DNA from: Haliotis rufescens | Taxonomy: Eukaryota | Assembly (NCBI RefSeq): GCF_023055435.1 | Contig: NW_025963846.1 | Location: forward strand, 14,880,001 to 14,944,000 | Direction: 5' to 3' | DNA length: 64,000 nt | Part shown: piece after piece, positions 12,181 to 23,736 of the stretch | How positions within the stretch are numbered: position 1 is the first letter of the stretch | Layout of the letters: each line of letters starts with the position of its first letter | Translations under genes and position numbers: made by a program | Notes under the pieces: model-generated | Databases searched by the model: none | Told to the model about the DNA's origin: nothing | Seen by the model: only the letters and a program-made list of their open reading frames with translations

Positions 12181-13004
12181 TCTTACACATGGTTTGGGCT
12201 CTGAGTACATACTTCTTATAACTGCCAGAATATTGCCGTGGCTGTATAGTGTATGAGTGGATACCAAGTTATTAGGCACTCGTTTGCTGATATATTGTTT
12301 GTAGTTTTAGATACCATCTAATTCTTCAGGTCCTTCCACGTCTTAGTATTGTGCTTAATTGACATCCGTTTATCTTTAATACTTTTCTTTCTTAATGCTT
12401 CTTTATTCTTGTTAACAAACATCTTTAAAATATTATTTCAACCTTTTATATTTATGAACGTCTGTGTGAGAATTTGTCACACGGAATATATCAAAAGCAT
12501 TATATTTGTTTTGCTTTGTTACAATCAGAATGCACCACGCTGGTTGTGTGACCTCGTGTTGGTCACGTGATCGGTATCGTTTGCTTCTGCAGTCTGCCCT
12601 ACTGTAAAACTCACTGATGCGTTTAGCTGCAATTTCAATATCGATATTATTACCCAGGTTATTCTTTTTTTCAAGTTAAATGTGCTGTTTCATCTGTAAC
12701 TAATTCTTGGAAAACATCAGTAAATCGAGTAGCCCAGACGTGTCTCGTCCTGCCAGAGCTGGCAACATTTCTATATCATTTGAGCAATCCATATCAAATC
12801 CGCATATAACTGGAAATCAGTCAGAATCATCTAAATCACAAACCCTGAAGTCACTGATAGCTGAAAATGATGAACTTAAAGTAGTTTATCATGGAAACTG
12901 TCCATTGTTTATGTAAAATCTTCATTTGTATCACCTGGGAATTTCCAAATAACATTATGTAAACAATAAGTACAAAACGTATTTAGCAAACGCCTTCCAA
13001 AGTT

Positions 13005-13131
13005 ATTTAGAAACATAATCGGGGCGAACCGGGATTCGAACCCACAATCATAGGTTTCTGGCGTGTTCAAGGGACGCAACTCTGCACAGCGAAACGCGGC
13101 GCCTTAGACGACTTGGCCACCCTTGCCCCCC
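13005..13131 (-). mobile_element. SINE family B, head fragment
   Basis: Reverse complement of the family B 5' region (see 46812). Confidence 0.85.
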
Positions 13132-13900
13132 CTTTCATAAGAAATATCTGCCCAAAACAGAATCGATTTTACGATTCCGACAATGTAATATGTAAATGTT
13201 TATGAAGCACTATCACATAGCGACAATACCAGGTGTTCGCGAAAAGGTAAGCATTTCCTGCCAGGTCGCTGGCACAATGTCGATCCCGATCCTAAATGCA
13301 GAACTTGTTGATATTCAACGTTGGCAGAAAGCAGAGCTTGTTGGGGATAGTCTAAAATATATCCATGAGATTTGCATTTTCAATTACATTGATAATTGAC
13401 AAATGTTATATTTGGGGTAACACCTTCTCAGTAAAGAACAAATTCTTTACAAAGAGAAGTTATGCCAATGGCAACATTTGTTACATTAGACCACTTTCTA
13501 AATGGCGTTTTGTATTCATTGATAATTGATGTGAAGACTGCCGGAGGGTTGTATGGACGGAAGAGAAGAGATATATTGTTTCTATATTGATATAGTTGTG
13601 TGTGGTAATGTCATAGAAAGGACAGTGGTTAAAATCATGCATATAATGTGCAGTGAAAACGCAGCAGTTTATATCGTAACGATAGCCAATGGTAATTGTC
13701 CTGTAATTATAATCATGCATTTAAACACCGCGCCGACCAAGTAAGTTGTCACTCTTTAGGTCAGCGCCAACCTGTGTTTGTTATAAAGGCCTTACATACA
13801 AAAAGATTTCTGTTCGATCTCATGTAGTCAGTCTTTGACCTTGCTACGCCGTTACTTTCTTAACTATACTTAGGATAGTACATGGCAGAAGTGACAGTAC

Positions 13901-14105
13901 GTCTTCAGCAACCCACTGCTTGTCGTGAGAGGCGCCTAACGGGATCGGGTGGTCAGGCTCACGGACTTGGTCAATGCATGTCATCGTATCCCAAATGCGT
14001 GGATCGAGGCTCAAGGTGTCAATAACTGGATCGTCTGTCTACAGGCCGGAATATTGCTGACTGTGGCGTTCAACAACAAACAAACAAACAAACAAACAAA
14101 CAAAC
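13901..14105 (+). mobile_element. Family C retroposon, degenerate
   Basis: CTTCAGCAACCC...CTAACGGGATCGGGTGGTCAGGCTC...(AAAC)n tail. Confidence 0.8.
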
Positions 14106-14530
14106 AGGTGTTAACGACACTAGTGAATCCAACGAGCAGGGATGTGTAGCAAGTCGACTATAATACAGTGTTATGTGACCTCATGTAAATCCCCCTATGG
14201 GGGGTACATGTTTTTTCTGGGATATCATGGCGTTGCTGAGGGGGGGGGGGGGCTGCTGTCATGCAGGTACACGAAGATGGGTATTATGCTGACAAACAAA
14301 GAATCATGGTGTGAGTATAGAATTCGAAATCACGACCATCGGATTCTGGTGCGCCTAAGGGACGCAACTCTGCTGGACAGCGACTTCCGTTGCCTAGGAC
14401 TCGGTAACATACCTCCTTTTAACAAAGTATAAATAAGCTCAGACCGTTCTGTTGTTGGGATGGAACGTTAGTCAGTCATGGTAACTTAACAATCCATTTG
14501 AGTGAAAGAGTGCATTAACAACCTAAGTTG

Positions 14531-14800
14531 TTGGTTGGTTGGTTTGCTGTTTAACGCCGCACTCAGCAATATTCTAGCTATATATATATGAAGGCGGTCT
14601 GTAAATAATCGAGTGTTGACCAGACAATCCAGCGATTGACATCATGAGCATCGATCCACGCAATTGGGATCGATGAAATGCATCAACCAAGTCAGCGAGC
14701 CTGACCACCCTATCCCGTTAGTCGCCTCTTACGGCAAGCATAGTCGCCTTTTACGGCAAGCATGGGTTGCTGAAGACCTATTCTACCCCGGATCTTCACG
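14531..14800 (-). mobile_element. Family C retroposon, full length
   Basis: Begins CGTGAAGATCCGGGGTAGAATAGGTCTTC on the minus strand and ends GCGGCGTTAAAC(AACC)n. Confidence 0.88.
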
Positions 14801-15561
14801 TTTCTGTTGCTAAGGACTTGACTTTAAAATTCCTAAAGGCAGTGACATAACACAGGGCATCAGTATTTAATAGACAGTATTAATCATACGGTTCGAGGCA
14901 TACTAAAAATATGTTGTTCTTGACAATACTGGATCTCTATATTGACAGAACATAAATTGCTGCATGGCCTAAAGACTGCTAAGTCTTTGTAAACAAAATC
15001 GAAATATATCCGCTTCTTATTTAAAAAATCAATAGAACTGCACCGAACAAATGATTGTTCGATAATGACAGCATTTAAAATGTTCAAACACAAAACAGAC
15101 TGACGTCGACAAGAAAATTGGTCATATTGATTCGGTGATTAAAACTTGTCGAAGAATAGGAGAAAAGGTAAATTGTGTTTTTGTTTTGTGAAGTACATTA
15201 CAACGTAATGACATTGTATCTCAATCATTCAAAAAACATACAACATCAGACGTTCTCATAATATAATAATGCCTTTAATGAATAGTATTACAAAGATATG
15301 TGAATTCTCGTTTACACCAAACTGTGCTTAGATATTAACACATGCTTGACATGTTTCAATCCAATTAACCACATTCCCATTATTATTTTCGCTGATAGAT
15401 CCTGAACACGTTCAGACTGAAAGCATGTTTAGATCCTGTAGAACCTAAACATGTTCAGATTTGAAACACAATGCTTAACATGTTTAAGATTTAAACATGT
15501 TCAGGCCTCTGGGTGCGTTACAATAATTGGACAATTAACGTGCTAAGGTTTATGTTTAGCA

Positions 15562-16764
15562 TCTATTAAAGCTAAAATGGATAGGATCATCATTAACTTA
15601 TCAGAAATGAGCGGGCCACTGTAACTTGATAATGCCCTAATGTTGTTTGACAAAGGGCCTTTATCATGCCCGTTGTTAGGTTTGTTCTGTGACGTTTCTA
15701 TATTTGTAAAAGTGGGTAAGTGACACTCGTGTTGATTGCAGTAAATGTTTCCAAATCGATATTGTGTTTTTTATTTTTATTTGACAACAAATTCTATCCA
15801 TTTTAGCTCTAATAACGGTAAGGCTATTTTTCTTGGCATTATCATTGGCAGAAGCCATCCGTCATTACAACTGCCCTCTTTTGTCGGGCAGTTAATGGAA
15901 TACCTCGGGCTTCTACAAATGATAATGCCCCGAAAAATAGCTTTACCCTTTGTGGCGTGTTTTACGGCGTTAGTTTGTCGTAGGAAGACTTAATTAACCA
16001 ACAACACGTCAGCTGATCCAGAGTAGCATTTACTTCTCAAAGCTACATTGTAGGAACAGAGTTACTTCCCTTGTTACCGTACATAACAATTATGCACGCT
16101 TATCATAAATACGCCACACCCTTATCAGTCCATCCTATAGCAAATGGTGGAATATATTAGCCTTTCAGCCCTAGCCTTTCAGCGAAGAAATATTGAAGCC
16201 TTTCCTCGTCTCAATTCCCGTTAACAAATAAAATCTAGTGTACATTGATCCTTTGACCGAGCATGCTTTAGGATGTGTATTTGGCGCATTACATATATGT
16301 ACATTACTATAAGGGTAACGCTATTTTTCAGGGAATTATCATTTGCAGAAGCCCGAGGTTTTCCATTAACTGCCCGACGAAAGGGGGCTGTTGAAAAGAC
16401 CGAGGGCTTCTGCAAATGATAATGCCCTGAAAAATAGCGTTACCATTATTAGAGCTAAAATGGATGGAATTTGTTATCAAATAAAAAGAAACAACAATAT
16501 CGGTTTCGAAACATTTACTGCAATCAACACGAATGTCACTTACCCACTTTTACAAATATGGTAACGTCATAGAACAAACCAGATGACGTCACTATTGAAC
16601 GTGACGTCACCTATCCCAATCCTATGACGTCACCTAACAACAGCGTGATAATTGCCCGTCGTCAAGCAATGTGAGGGCATTATCAAGTTACAGTGGCCCG
16701 CTCATTTTTGATAACATGCGGGCGGCTTGTTGATAATTTTATCCATTTTAGCTATAATATAGAT
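15562..16764. mobile_element. Foldback-type non-autonomous element with long inverted arms and internal palindromes
   Basis: About 15562..15950 is the reverse complement of about 16311..16764 (e.g. GAGCGGGCCACTGTAACTTGATAATGCCCT vs AGGGCATTATCAAGTTACAGTGGCCCGCTC). Each arm contains its own hairpin of about 130 bp. Confidence 0.82.
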
Positions 16765-17398
16765 TAATTAAGTGACGCCGTATTTCTCACTGTCTTGGCA
16801 ACTTTGACATTATGCGTACAATCGTATGACAAAGCGAAAGTACCTTAAATAATTATTCATTTAAAAGCTGCTGTATAACCCATGTCATGTCACATATTCT
16901 TTGTACATGCTCGTATGCCAATTTTTATAATAAGCCTGACGCGGTGTGATACACTGATTATTGTTAATTGTGAAAGATATATATTTTGATGCTAGTTGGC
17001 AATGCAGCTGCCGGTAATCCTATCAACGAAATGTACATGCATCTATGAATAAAACAAAATGGTTTTAGTGAGCAGTGCTCATGTCTCTAATTCTCTTCTT
17101 ACATTTCTGCATTTAATGTGTAAATTGTAAATAGGCAAGCGTGTAAATCCATAGCAGAGGGCGATATAATATGTTATATGTATGCCAGATCCTTTTTTCT
17201 TTTGTAAATTCATTTTGTTCAAACTTATAACAAATCAACAACCCAATAATAATGCATCTGACATTTTGAAGAAATCATTTACCCTGACTTATAATGGTTA
17301 TGAGATGTAGGGTTTTACCAATTTGGATGGCATTGAACGTGTGAGAGTGAGTTATCCCGAGTGGGTGATATGTGCTGCCAAGCGGAACTGCCTGTATA

Positions 17399-17558
17399 GT
17401 GAATGAGTATGGTTTTAAGCCGCTTTTAGCAATATTCCAGCAATATCACGGCGGGGAACACCAGAAATGGGCTTCACACATTGTACCCATGAGGGGAATT
17501 GAACCCGGGTCTTCGGCGTGACGAGCGAACGATTTAACCACTAGGCTATCCCACCGCC
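17399..17558 (-). mobile_element. SINE family A
   Basis: Full-length match to the family A consensus. Confidence 0.9.
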
Positions 17559-17779
17559 TCTATGCCTGTGGAGAATATGACATGTACCCTTTATAAAATG
17601 TATATTAAGCTGTGATATGTTTGTCTGATGTTTTCACTGTGAATAAAGTTTGTTTAAACAAATCAACAAATCAAAAATAATGTATTTAATATGTATGACA
17701 AAATCATATTACCTTGACTAAAGGTAAGATGTGACGTTTTACTAATTTTGCTTGTATTGAACGTGATATTTATTATATT

Positions 17780-17945
17780 TATGACGTCTATAACGCGTCC
17801 ACTGTCACACACTTGAGCGTCTATATTACGTCTATAAACCATTACTGTCACACACTTGAGAGTCTATATGACGTCTATAAACCGTCCACTGTCACATACT
17901 TGAGCGTGTATATGATGTCTAAAAACCGTCCATTGTCACACAGGT
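17780..17945. repeat. Tandem repeat of about 42 bp, about 4 units (TATGACGTCTATAAACCGTCCACTGTCACACACTTGAGCGTC-like)
   Basis: Direct tandem periodicity. Confidence 0.85.
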
Positions 17946-19422
17946 TTCAACGTATAAATTGTTAATTGCCCTGCATTCCAGCGTCACTAATTGAGGCCTA
18001 TCAAACGCGGTGTCGTACAGCAGCACAGTTGATCCTGAGTTTGTTCATGCTGGTTCGATTTCATGTACCGGTACTGCACGTGAAGCTGCTATGTCTACTG
18101 TTGTGATGTGCAGTCCCAAACGGTGTAAGCCACTGTCTCATACGCATCAGCGTCTTCTCAAGAAACCCCTGTACTCTGCTACAAGCTCGTTAAAAGAAAT
18201 CTTCTGGTATATGCGTCTGTTGGGCACAATGAAATATTGGTGTATCGCAAGCATGGATCTGTTCACGGCAACCTTCGTCCTTATGTAGCCATGCTCAATC
18301 CTGAATCAAACGCCACCCCCACCCCGTCAGAACAGTTCATATTATTGTTTACCTTCCTGACTGCTGTGGGAATAGCACCATGGACCCAAGTGGACCCACC
18401 TTCAACTACCAACGAAGTGTTTTGGGATTACAAACAAATCGCCACAGGCAGAGGATCATGGCGTAGTCACGGCATCTTATTGGCTGAAGTCTCCCGGCGG
18501 GTTAAACGCAGTCCCCACCACGTCACCTGCTAATACCACCCCTCCCGTACATAGCCACACACCCAACCCCACCTATACACACACACGCACGCACACATCG
18601 ACTCATCCCGACTCGACCCCTTTCCTCTCCCCCCTCCTTTCCCCCTCCTTCCCCCCTTCTTTATCGTGTCTTCCCTGGCGTCCTCTCCCACTACAACCCA
18701 CCTACGGCCTTCCAACCCACCCTGCCGAGTGAACTTCTGTTGGTTACTATACCTCAGTATTAGAGACGATCGATCGGTTTATCGAATTTATAGATTCGTG
18801 AATTACATGCTGGCTAGTTGACACGAATTGAAGGGCCAAGATTGTAGATGGTAGTCAGTATACAGTTAAACAGATAATCCCAAGGTACAAAATGTAACAA
18901 ACACAATCAATTGCTCCCCGGGATTGATTCCACACATGGGTAAAATGGCAGAACCCCCCTTCTGATGTTTCCCGTCGTACCATTGCTGGAATATTGCTAA
19001 AAGCGACATAAAACCCTACTCCCCTACTCACTCAACAGAAAGGGACGTTACATTCCTCCCAACGAACGCTGGGGTCCACCGTATAACACCACGGGATTGT
19101 GTGCCCCGGCATCCGACAGAAGTTGCGCTCGTCAACTAGGGCAGGGTCCCCGCGTGACATCCCCCTGGGAAAATACACACGATCGTGTGGGATGTCAGTG
19201 TCCCACCTCTGACATGTCCGGCCAGTCTTGGTAATGTTCAGGGTTCCGAGATAGAGCGCTGATGCCGTGTAGCATAACTCCTCTGAAAAATATCAACAGA
19301 GGAAGTTCATGACTATGCAATAACAAATGGACGCCTCCTCTATTTCTGTTTTATGCGCCTCAAGTAATAACGAGTGCGTAAATCGGGTCTACCCGAAGCG
19401 CTTGTTAAATCCCCACCATGAT

Positions 19423-19454
<32 letters not shown>

Positions 19455-19585
19455 GCATCAAATGGTTCCTGAGAGGAAATAAATCCCCCGACCACGTTCC
19501 TAAAAAGAGGTAACAAGTGAAGTGTCCTCTAGAGCTAGAGAGGAAACAAGACTCTATTAACCCAAGGAAAATTCATATTGCACAG

Positions 19586-19841
19586 GGGGCACGGGTGGCC
19601 CAGTCGTCTAAGGCGTGCAGGGTTACGTCCACGCAAGAAACCTATGATTGTGGGTTCGAATCCCGGTTCGCCCCGATTATGTTTCTAGGTTTGTCAGCAC
19701 CATAGCCGTGCTCGTGGGCTTCACCGAAGTGGTAAACGTCTGAGGCCTGCATCACTTCGGGCTTTCCTCCCACATTAAACTGACACACCGTGATTTAAAT
19801 GGAATACTGTTAAAAGCGGCGTTAAACCCAACTCACCCACA
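19586..19841 (+). mobile_element. SINE family B (tRNA-Leu-like head)
   Basis: GGTGGCCCAGTCGTCTAAGGCG...GTGGGTTCGAATCCC. TSD CATATTGCACAG at 19574..19585 and 19842..19853. Confidence 0.9.
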
Positions 19842-20044
19842 CATATTGCACAGTTGATTTGCATTTAAAATATGAAAAAAGAAAACGTATGACATTAAAA
19901 CATGTACATAAGAAAATAAGACACATGAGACTTAATATATGTCTTAATGAATACTCGTGGGTACACCATTGGTACAAAAACCATGTGACAATGACCATGA
20001 AATTGGAAAGACATGTAGGCGTTTCAATCACAGGTTGTCATTTA

Positions 20045-20209
20045 GTGAGTGATTGAGTATGGTTTTACGCCGCTTTTAGCAATATTCCAGCAATGTCACG
20101 GCGGGGGACACCAGAAATGGGCTTCACACATTGTACCCATGTCGGGAATCGAACCCCGGTCTTCGGCGTGACGAGCGAACGCTTTAACCTCTAGGCTACC
20201 CGACGGCCC
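20045..20209 (-). mobile_element. SINE family A
   Basis: TSD GGTTGTCATTTA at 20033..20044 and 20210..20221. Confidence 0.92.
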
Positions 20210-20765
20210 GGTTGTCATTTATAAAGATAATAAGTGGTCTATAAGTCCTGCCCTCTTAGTCAGCTTTCTGTGCACATTAATCCTTTATGTGCTTCATTCT
20301 CCAATATCTAAATCAACATGTAATCTAGTTCTTTTGAAAATAAATCTGCAGATATCTATCCCCTCAAAGTGAGTTGTGGATTGTAAACACAGTTTAACTA
20401 TGTAACTTGTCGGATGAACTTCAACAATAAGCTCTGAAAGGACCAGGCTTCGTGGGTTATCTTAATGAAATAATTAATTTTGCTTGACGCGGCTGGGCGA
20501 AAGGGTAAAGAAATATAAAGGCGCCCTTAAAATAACCAAGTCTGAACAAGCCAACTAGTGATTGGGAGAAAGAGCTGCACGTCATCATCGCAATGACACG
20601 CAGTCAGCCAAATCCAAGAGCCTGACCACCTGACCCGTATCTACCGGCTGTGACGGCATACATAGGATACTGTGGACTGCCCAGGGATACAGGGATGTTA
20701 TACTCCAGCAAAAATGACTTGAATGACCTGAATAGCTATATTTATCTACCAGGGCCCTCTACCAG

Positions 20766-20872
20766 GGCCCACTTGCACAAAACGATCTTAGCGCTACGAT
20801 TATTGTAAGCCTATGTTAAAGTATGGGAGTTAAGATCATCTTAGCGCTAAGATCGCTTTGTGCAAGTGGGCC
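20766..20872. mobile_element. PIF/Harbinger-like MITE
   Basis: TIRs of about 35 bp GGCCCACTTGCACAAA(A/G)CGATCTTAGCGCTA with 3-bp TSD CAG. Confidence 0.78.
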
Positions 20873-20879
20873 CAGATGT

Positions 20880-21342
20880 AGTGCCAGGCTGTCTCAGTCC
20901 ATGACAAGAAAGTGGAGACATACAGAATACAGAGGTCAACATCACCAGTTGGGCCCGTGAGTCACCGCCTTCTGGCATAAGGCTCTAGGCAGTTTATTCC
21001 ACCCAATAGTGTGAATTCATACAGGTTAAACATGACCAAGACCAAAATATACATTAAAATACAAGACGCGTGTGCATATACAATATTACGTACAGGGCTT
21101 GGCATGACCAGCCGATTGTAAAGACCGGCCCATCTTACCACCTGTTTTGGCGAAGTAAGGGTCAAAGTAGTGTGTTTGGCAAAGGAACACAGTTCCTGGA
21201 ACCTGTGCCCTCAACTACCAGAATCCCGTCCTCCACCGACACAGGGGCGCAACCCACGGCAAAAAGGGTTGCCCAATTTAGTCGCCTCATACGATCAGCA
21301 ATGGGGTGTTGAGGACACATTCTACCCCGGGTCCACATGGGG
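20880..21342 (-). mobile_element. Putative 5'-UTR fragment of a longer retroelement that shares the family C 5' motif
   Basis: Minus strand starts CCCATGTGGACCCGGGGTAGAATGTGTCCTCAACACCCC...CGTATGAGGCGACTAAATTGGG, then continues with sequence unrelated to family C. Confidence 0.6.
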
Positions 21343-21530
21343 AATATACGTGATGAATGTGGACATGTTAGTGAAAGCATGTCATATACGTGATGTATAT
21401 TGACATGTAAGTGATCGCACACTATATACGTGGTGAACGTGAACATGTTATTGATGGTGAGCTATATGCGTGATTTATTGTTGGCATATTGGCATGATCT
21501 ATTTATACAGATGGACAGGTTATACATCAC

Positions 21531-21615
21531 CTCGTTGACATTCATAGCTCCCGTCCCTGTCTCTACATGTTTCGTCCACACCGCAAGGCCTGGACGCACA
21601 AATACCGACAAGTCT
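21531..21615 (-). CDS. Exon 2 (EGF-like) of PAN paralog 2
   Basis: Acceptor TCTTCTTTTCAG|, 85 nt, RLVGICASRPCGVDETCRDRDGSYECQR, donor G|GTGATG. The phase-0 start matches the phase-0 donor of exon 26142..26456. Not in the ORF track. Confidence 0.8.
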
Positions 21616-22193
21616 CTGAAAAGAAGACCAACATTCATAGGCTTTGTCGTACCATGGTTTCTGGGCCGTTGGTAGATGTCAATTTTTTTCTCTCAAGTCA
21701 GTGTCAATAGTATCGGTCGTATCAGATTCAATTTAGTGAAACAGGCGTTACGTGAAGAGATTAAAGTCTCCACCCGAAAATGTCATCTCACATAAACGAA
21801 TTCTGTTCCGGTGAATTTCTTAACCATTTAATAAAAAAACGTCGCCTCAGTGTTAGAATGTGATTCAATGAAATATGTTTAGGGGTCCATATTTGAACAG
21901 GGTAAGTTTCACTCGTTCACGTGAGTATCACATCATACAGCCCAATCTAGCGGCTTAAATAGTTTTTGTCTTGAGATCAGACTGTTTATATAATTTCTAT
22001 TAACCGTAAACAAAATCGATCGTCATGTTGTACGAACTACATGCGGCGGTATCGGACGTTACACGGACAACGTGGATACCATGCAATATCTCTACTCCTT
22101 TATGTAGGCATCATGTAAGTAAAGGGAACGGAATTGGCCGAGTAGTCATTCATAGGAAAACAAGGTTCATTCTGGCGATGATATTCCAGTTCG

Positions 22194-22412
22194 TTTGTTG
22201 TTCATCGCTGCACTCAGCAATAGCCAAGCTTCATGACAGCGGTCTGTACACATTCGAGTCTGGTCCAGACAATCCAGTGATTGACATCATGAGCATTGAT
22301 CTTCGCAGATGACATGCATCAACCAAATTAGCGAGCCTGACCACCTGATCCCGTTTGTATGGGTGACATGTATGGGTTGCTGAAGACACATTGTATCCCG
22401 GACCTTCACGGG
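22194..22412 (-). mobile_element. Family C retroposon
   Basis: Starts CCCGTGAAGGTCCGGGATACAATGTGTCTTCAGCAACCC; internally deleted. Confidence 0.82.
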
Positions 22413-22679
22413 TGTATTTGGCAGTAGAAGCCATACCGAGACATCCGTCCCTTACCGACCAGGATCCGCTTGAGGGAGAGGGTAGAGGTGTCCATTCCCC
22501 CGATCTGCCTTGGTCTGGCCACATACCCGTGCTCGCGAAATTCCAACATTAAGCTGACATATACGATTTCGAAAAAAATATAGAGCCATACATTAATCAG
22601 TTATGCCATGATTATAGTATTATGAAAGAAAAGGGTGGTTATAAACTTTTTACGTATTTATATAACGCCATTACACAAC

Positions 22680-23181
22680 CATCTTCCCGTGGCAAGAGAG
22701 TTAACTGACCATAAAAGTCCAGTTTCAACCCTTGCCGAACTAGGCTGGAATTCCAGTGGCTATTATGAGTTATGTCCCTTCTAAGCCTCTCCTAAAAGCC
22801 AATCAGATTCCACCTCTCGTATCACTTGCATTTGCTTCAAACAAAAGAGCGGCGCTCAGTCAAGACGATCTGATCGATAATCAAGGTCTATATTGTGATA
22901 AAACGGGTCTTACATCGCGAAATCCATCAAATCACGTGAGCACCTTGATAAAAAACATGAAACGATTTGGAAAATATCTGTTGACAACGAGTTGGCGGTA
23001 CACATGCTTTGCAAATCCCGCAATCGACCGAAATCTGCACGACAGTTTACGAACCGGATTTCGATTTCGTTGCGCGGTTTTGATTGGACTATGCATAGAC
23101 TCGTTGGTCAAAATGTTACTCCATAATACTAGCCTAGTTCGGCAAGGGTGGCAACTGGACTTCTCTTGCCTCGGGAAGATG
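22680..23181. mobile_element. Non-autonomous TIR element (CATCTTCCCG family)
   Basis: Ends CATCTTCCCGTGGCAAGAG and CTCTTGCCTCGGGAAGATG; subterminal inverted CCCTTGCCGAACTAGGCT. An inverted partial copy lies at about 57900..58346. Confidence 0.82.
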
Positions 23182-23401
23182 TTACCGGTGCTTTTTGATT
23201 CAACACTAGGGATCAGGCCGCCATTGTTCCATCAAACATCATCACTAGTAAATATGCAAATAGACGGTCTCTGAGTTAAAAGCTTGCATTAATAACCTTC
23301 CTATTCGCAAGGCCAACCTTATTTCAAGTTTCAGTATTTCCATTAAGTTTATGTTTTATTCATAGCGAAAGTATACGGTCTATTTCACATTTAAAAAAAT
23401 A

Positions 23402-23640
23402 CCCGTGAAGATCCGGGGTAGAATAGATCTTCAGCAACCCATGCTTACCGTAAAAGGCGACAATGCTAGTCGTAAGGGGCGACTAAAGGGATCGTGTGGT
23501 CAAGCTCGCTGACTTGCATTTGCGTATATCGAGGCTCTAGATGTCAATAACTGGATTGTCTGGTCCAGACTCGATTATTTACAGACCGCGGTCATAGCTG
23601 GAATATTGCTTAGTGCAGCGTTAAACAACAAACAAACAAA
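23402..23640 (+). mobile_element. Family C retroposon, near full length, no tRNA head
   Basis: CCCGTGAAGATCCGGGGTAGAATAGATCTTCAGCAACCC...GCTGGAATATTGCT...GCGTTAAAC(AAAC)n. Confidence 0.88.
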
Positions 23641-23736
23641 TCAAATCCAGATAGTTAACAAAGGGGTATGTTCCTCCCGGCTTTTACATGGATGGGGGCT
23701 AAACCGATATGGTTGCCAACGGACTACACATGTACG

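Larger units (their letters stand above)
11000..12460 (-). mobile_element. Decayed RTE-X-like LINE fragment interrupted by a MITE and SINE insertions
   Basis: Minus-strand RQGCMLSPLVFALFI (about 11370..11412) and LHADDV (about 11283..11300). LINE sequence resumes after 12068. Confidence 0.7.

Noticed and set aside
12690-12870. Possible phase-1 third exon of the PAN-EGF gene (VICGFDMDCSND... or AISDFRVCDLDDSD*)
   Set aside because: Acceptor-like sites exist, but there is no recognisable domain and no paralog support.
19040-19310. Segment shared with 8481..8580, reminiscent of DIRS-like termini
   Set aside because: Clearly a repeat fragment, but with no coding remnant I cannot classify it.
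22756-23274. 172-aa ORF
   Set aside because: Lies within a non-autonomous TIR element, has a non-ATG start and shows no transposase motifs.
23402-23490. Family C 5' motif as a standard HDV-like ribozyme
   Set aside because: GACUAA before the closing strand resembles J4/2, but there is no upstream P1 strand or P3/L3 consensus. Kept as an unclassified structured RNA instead.
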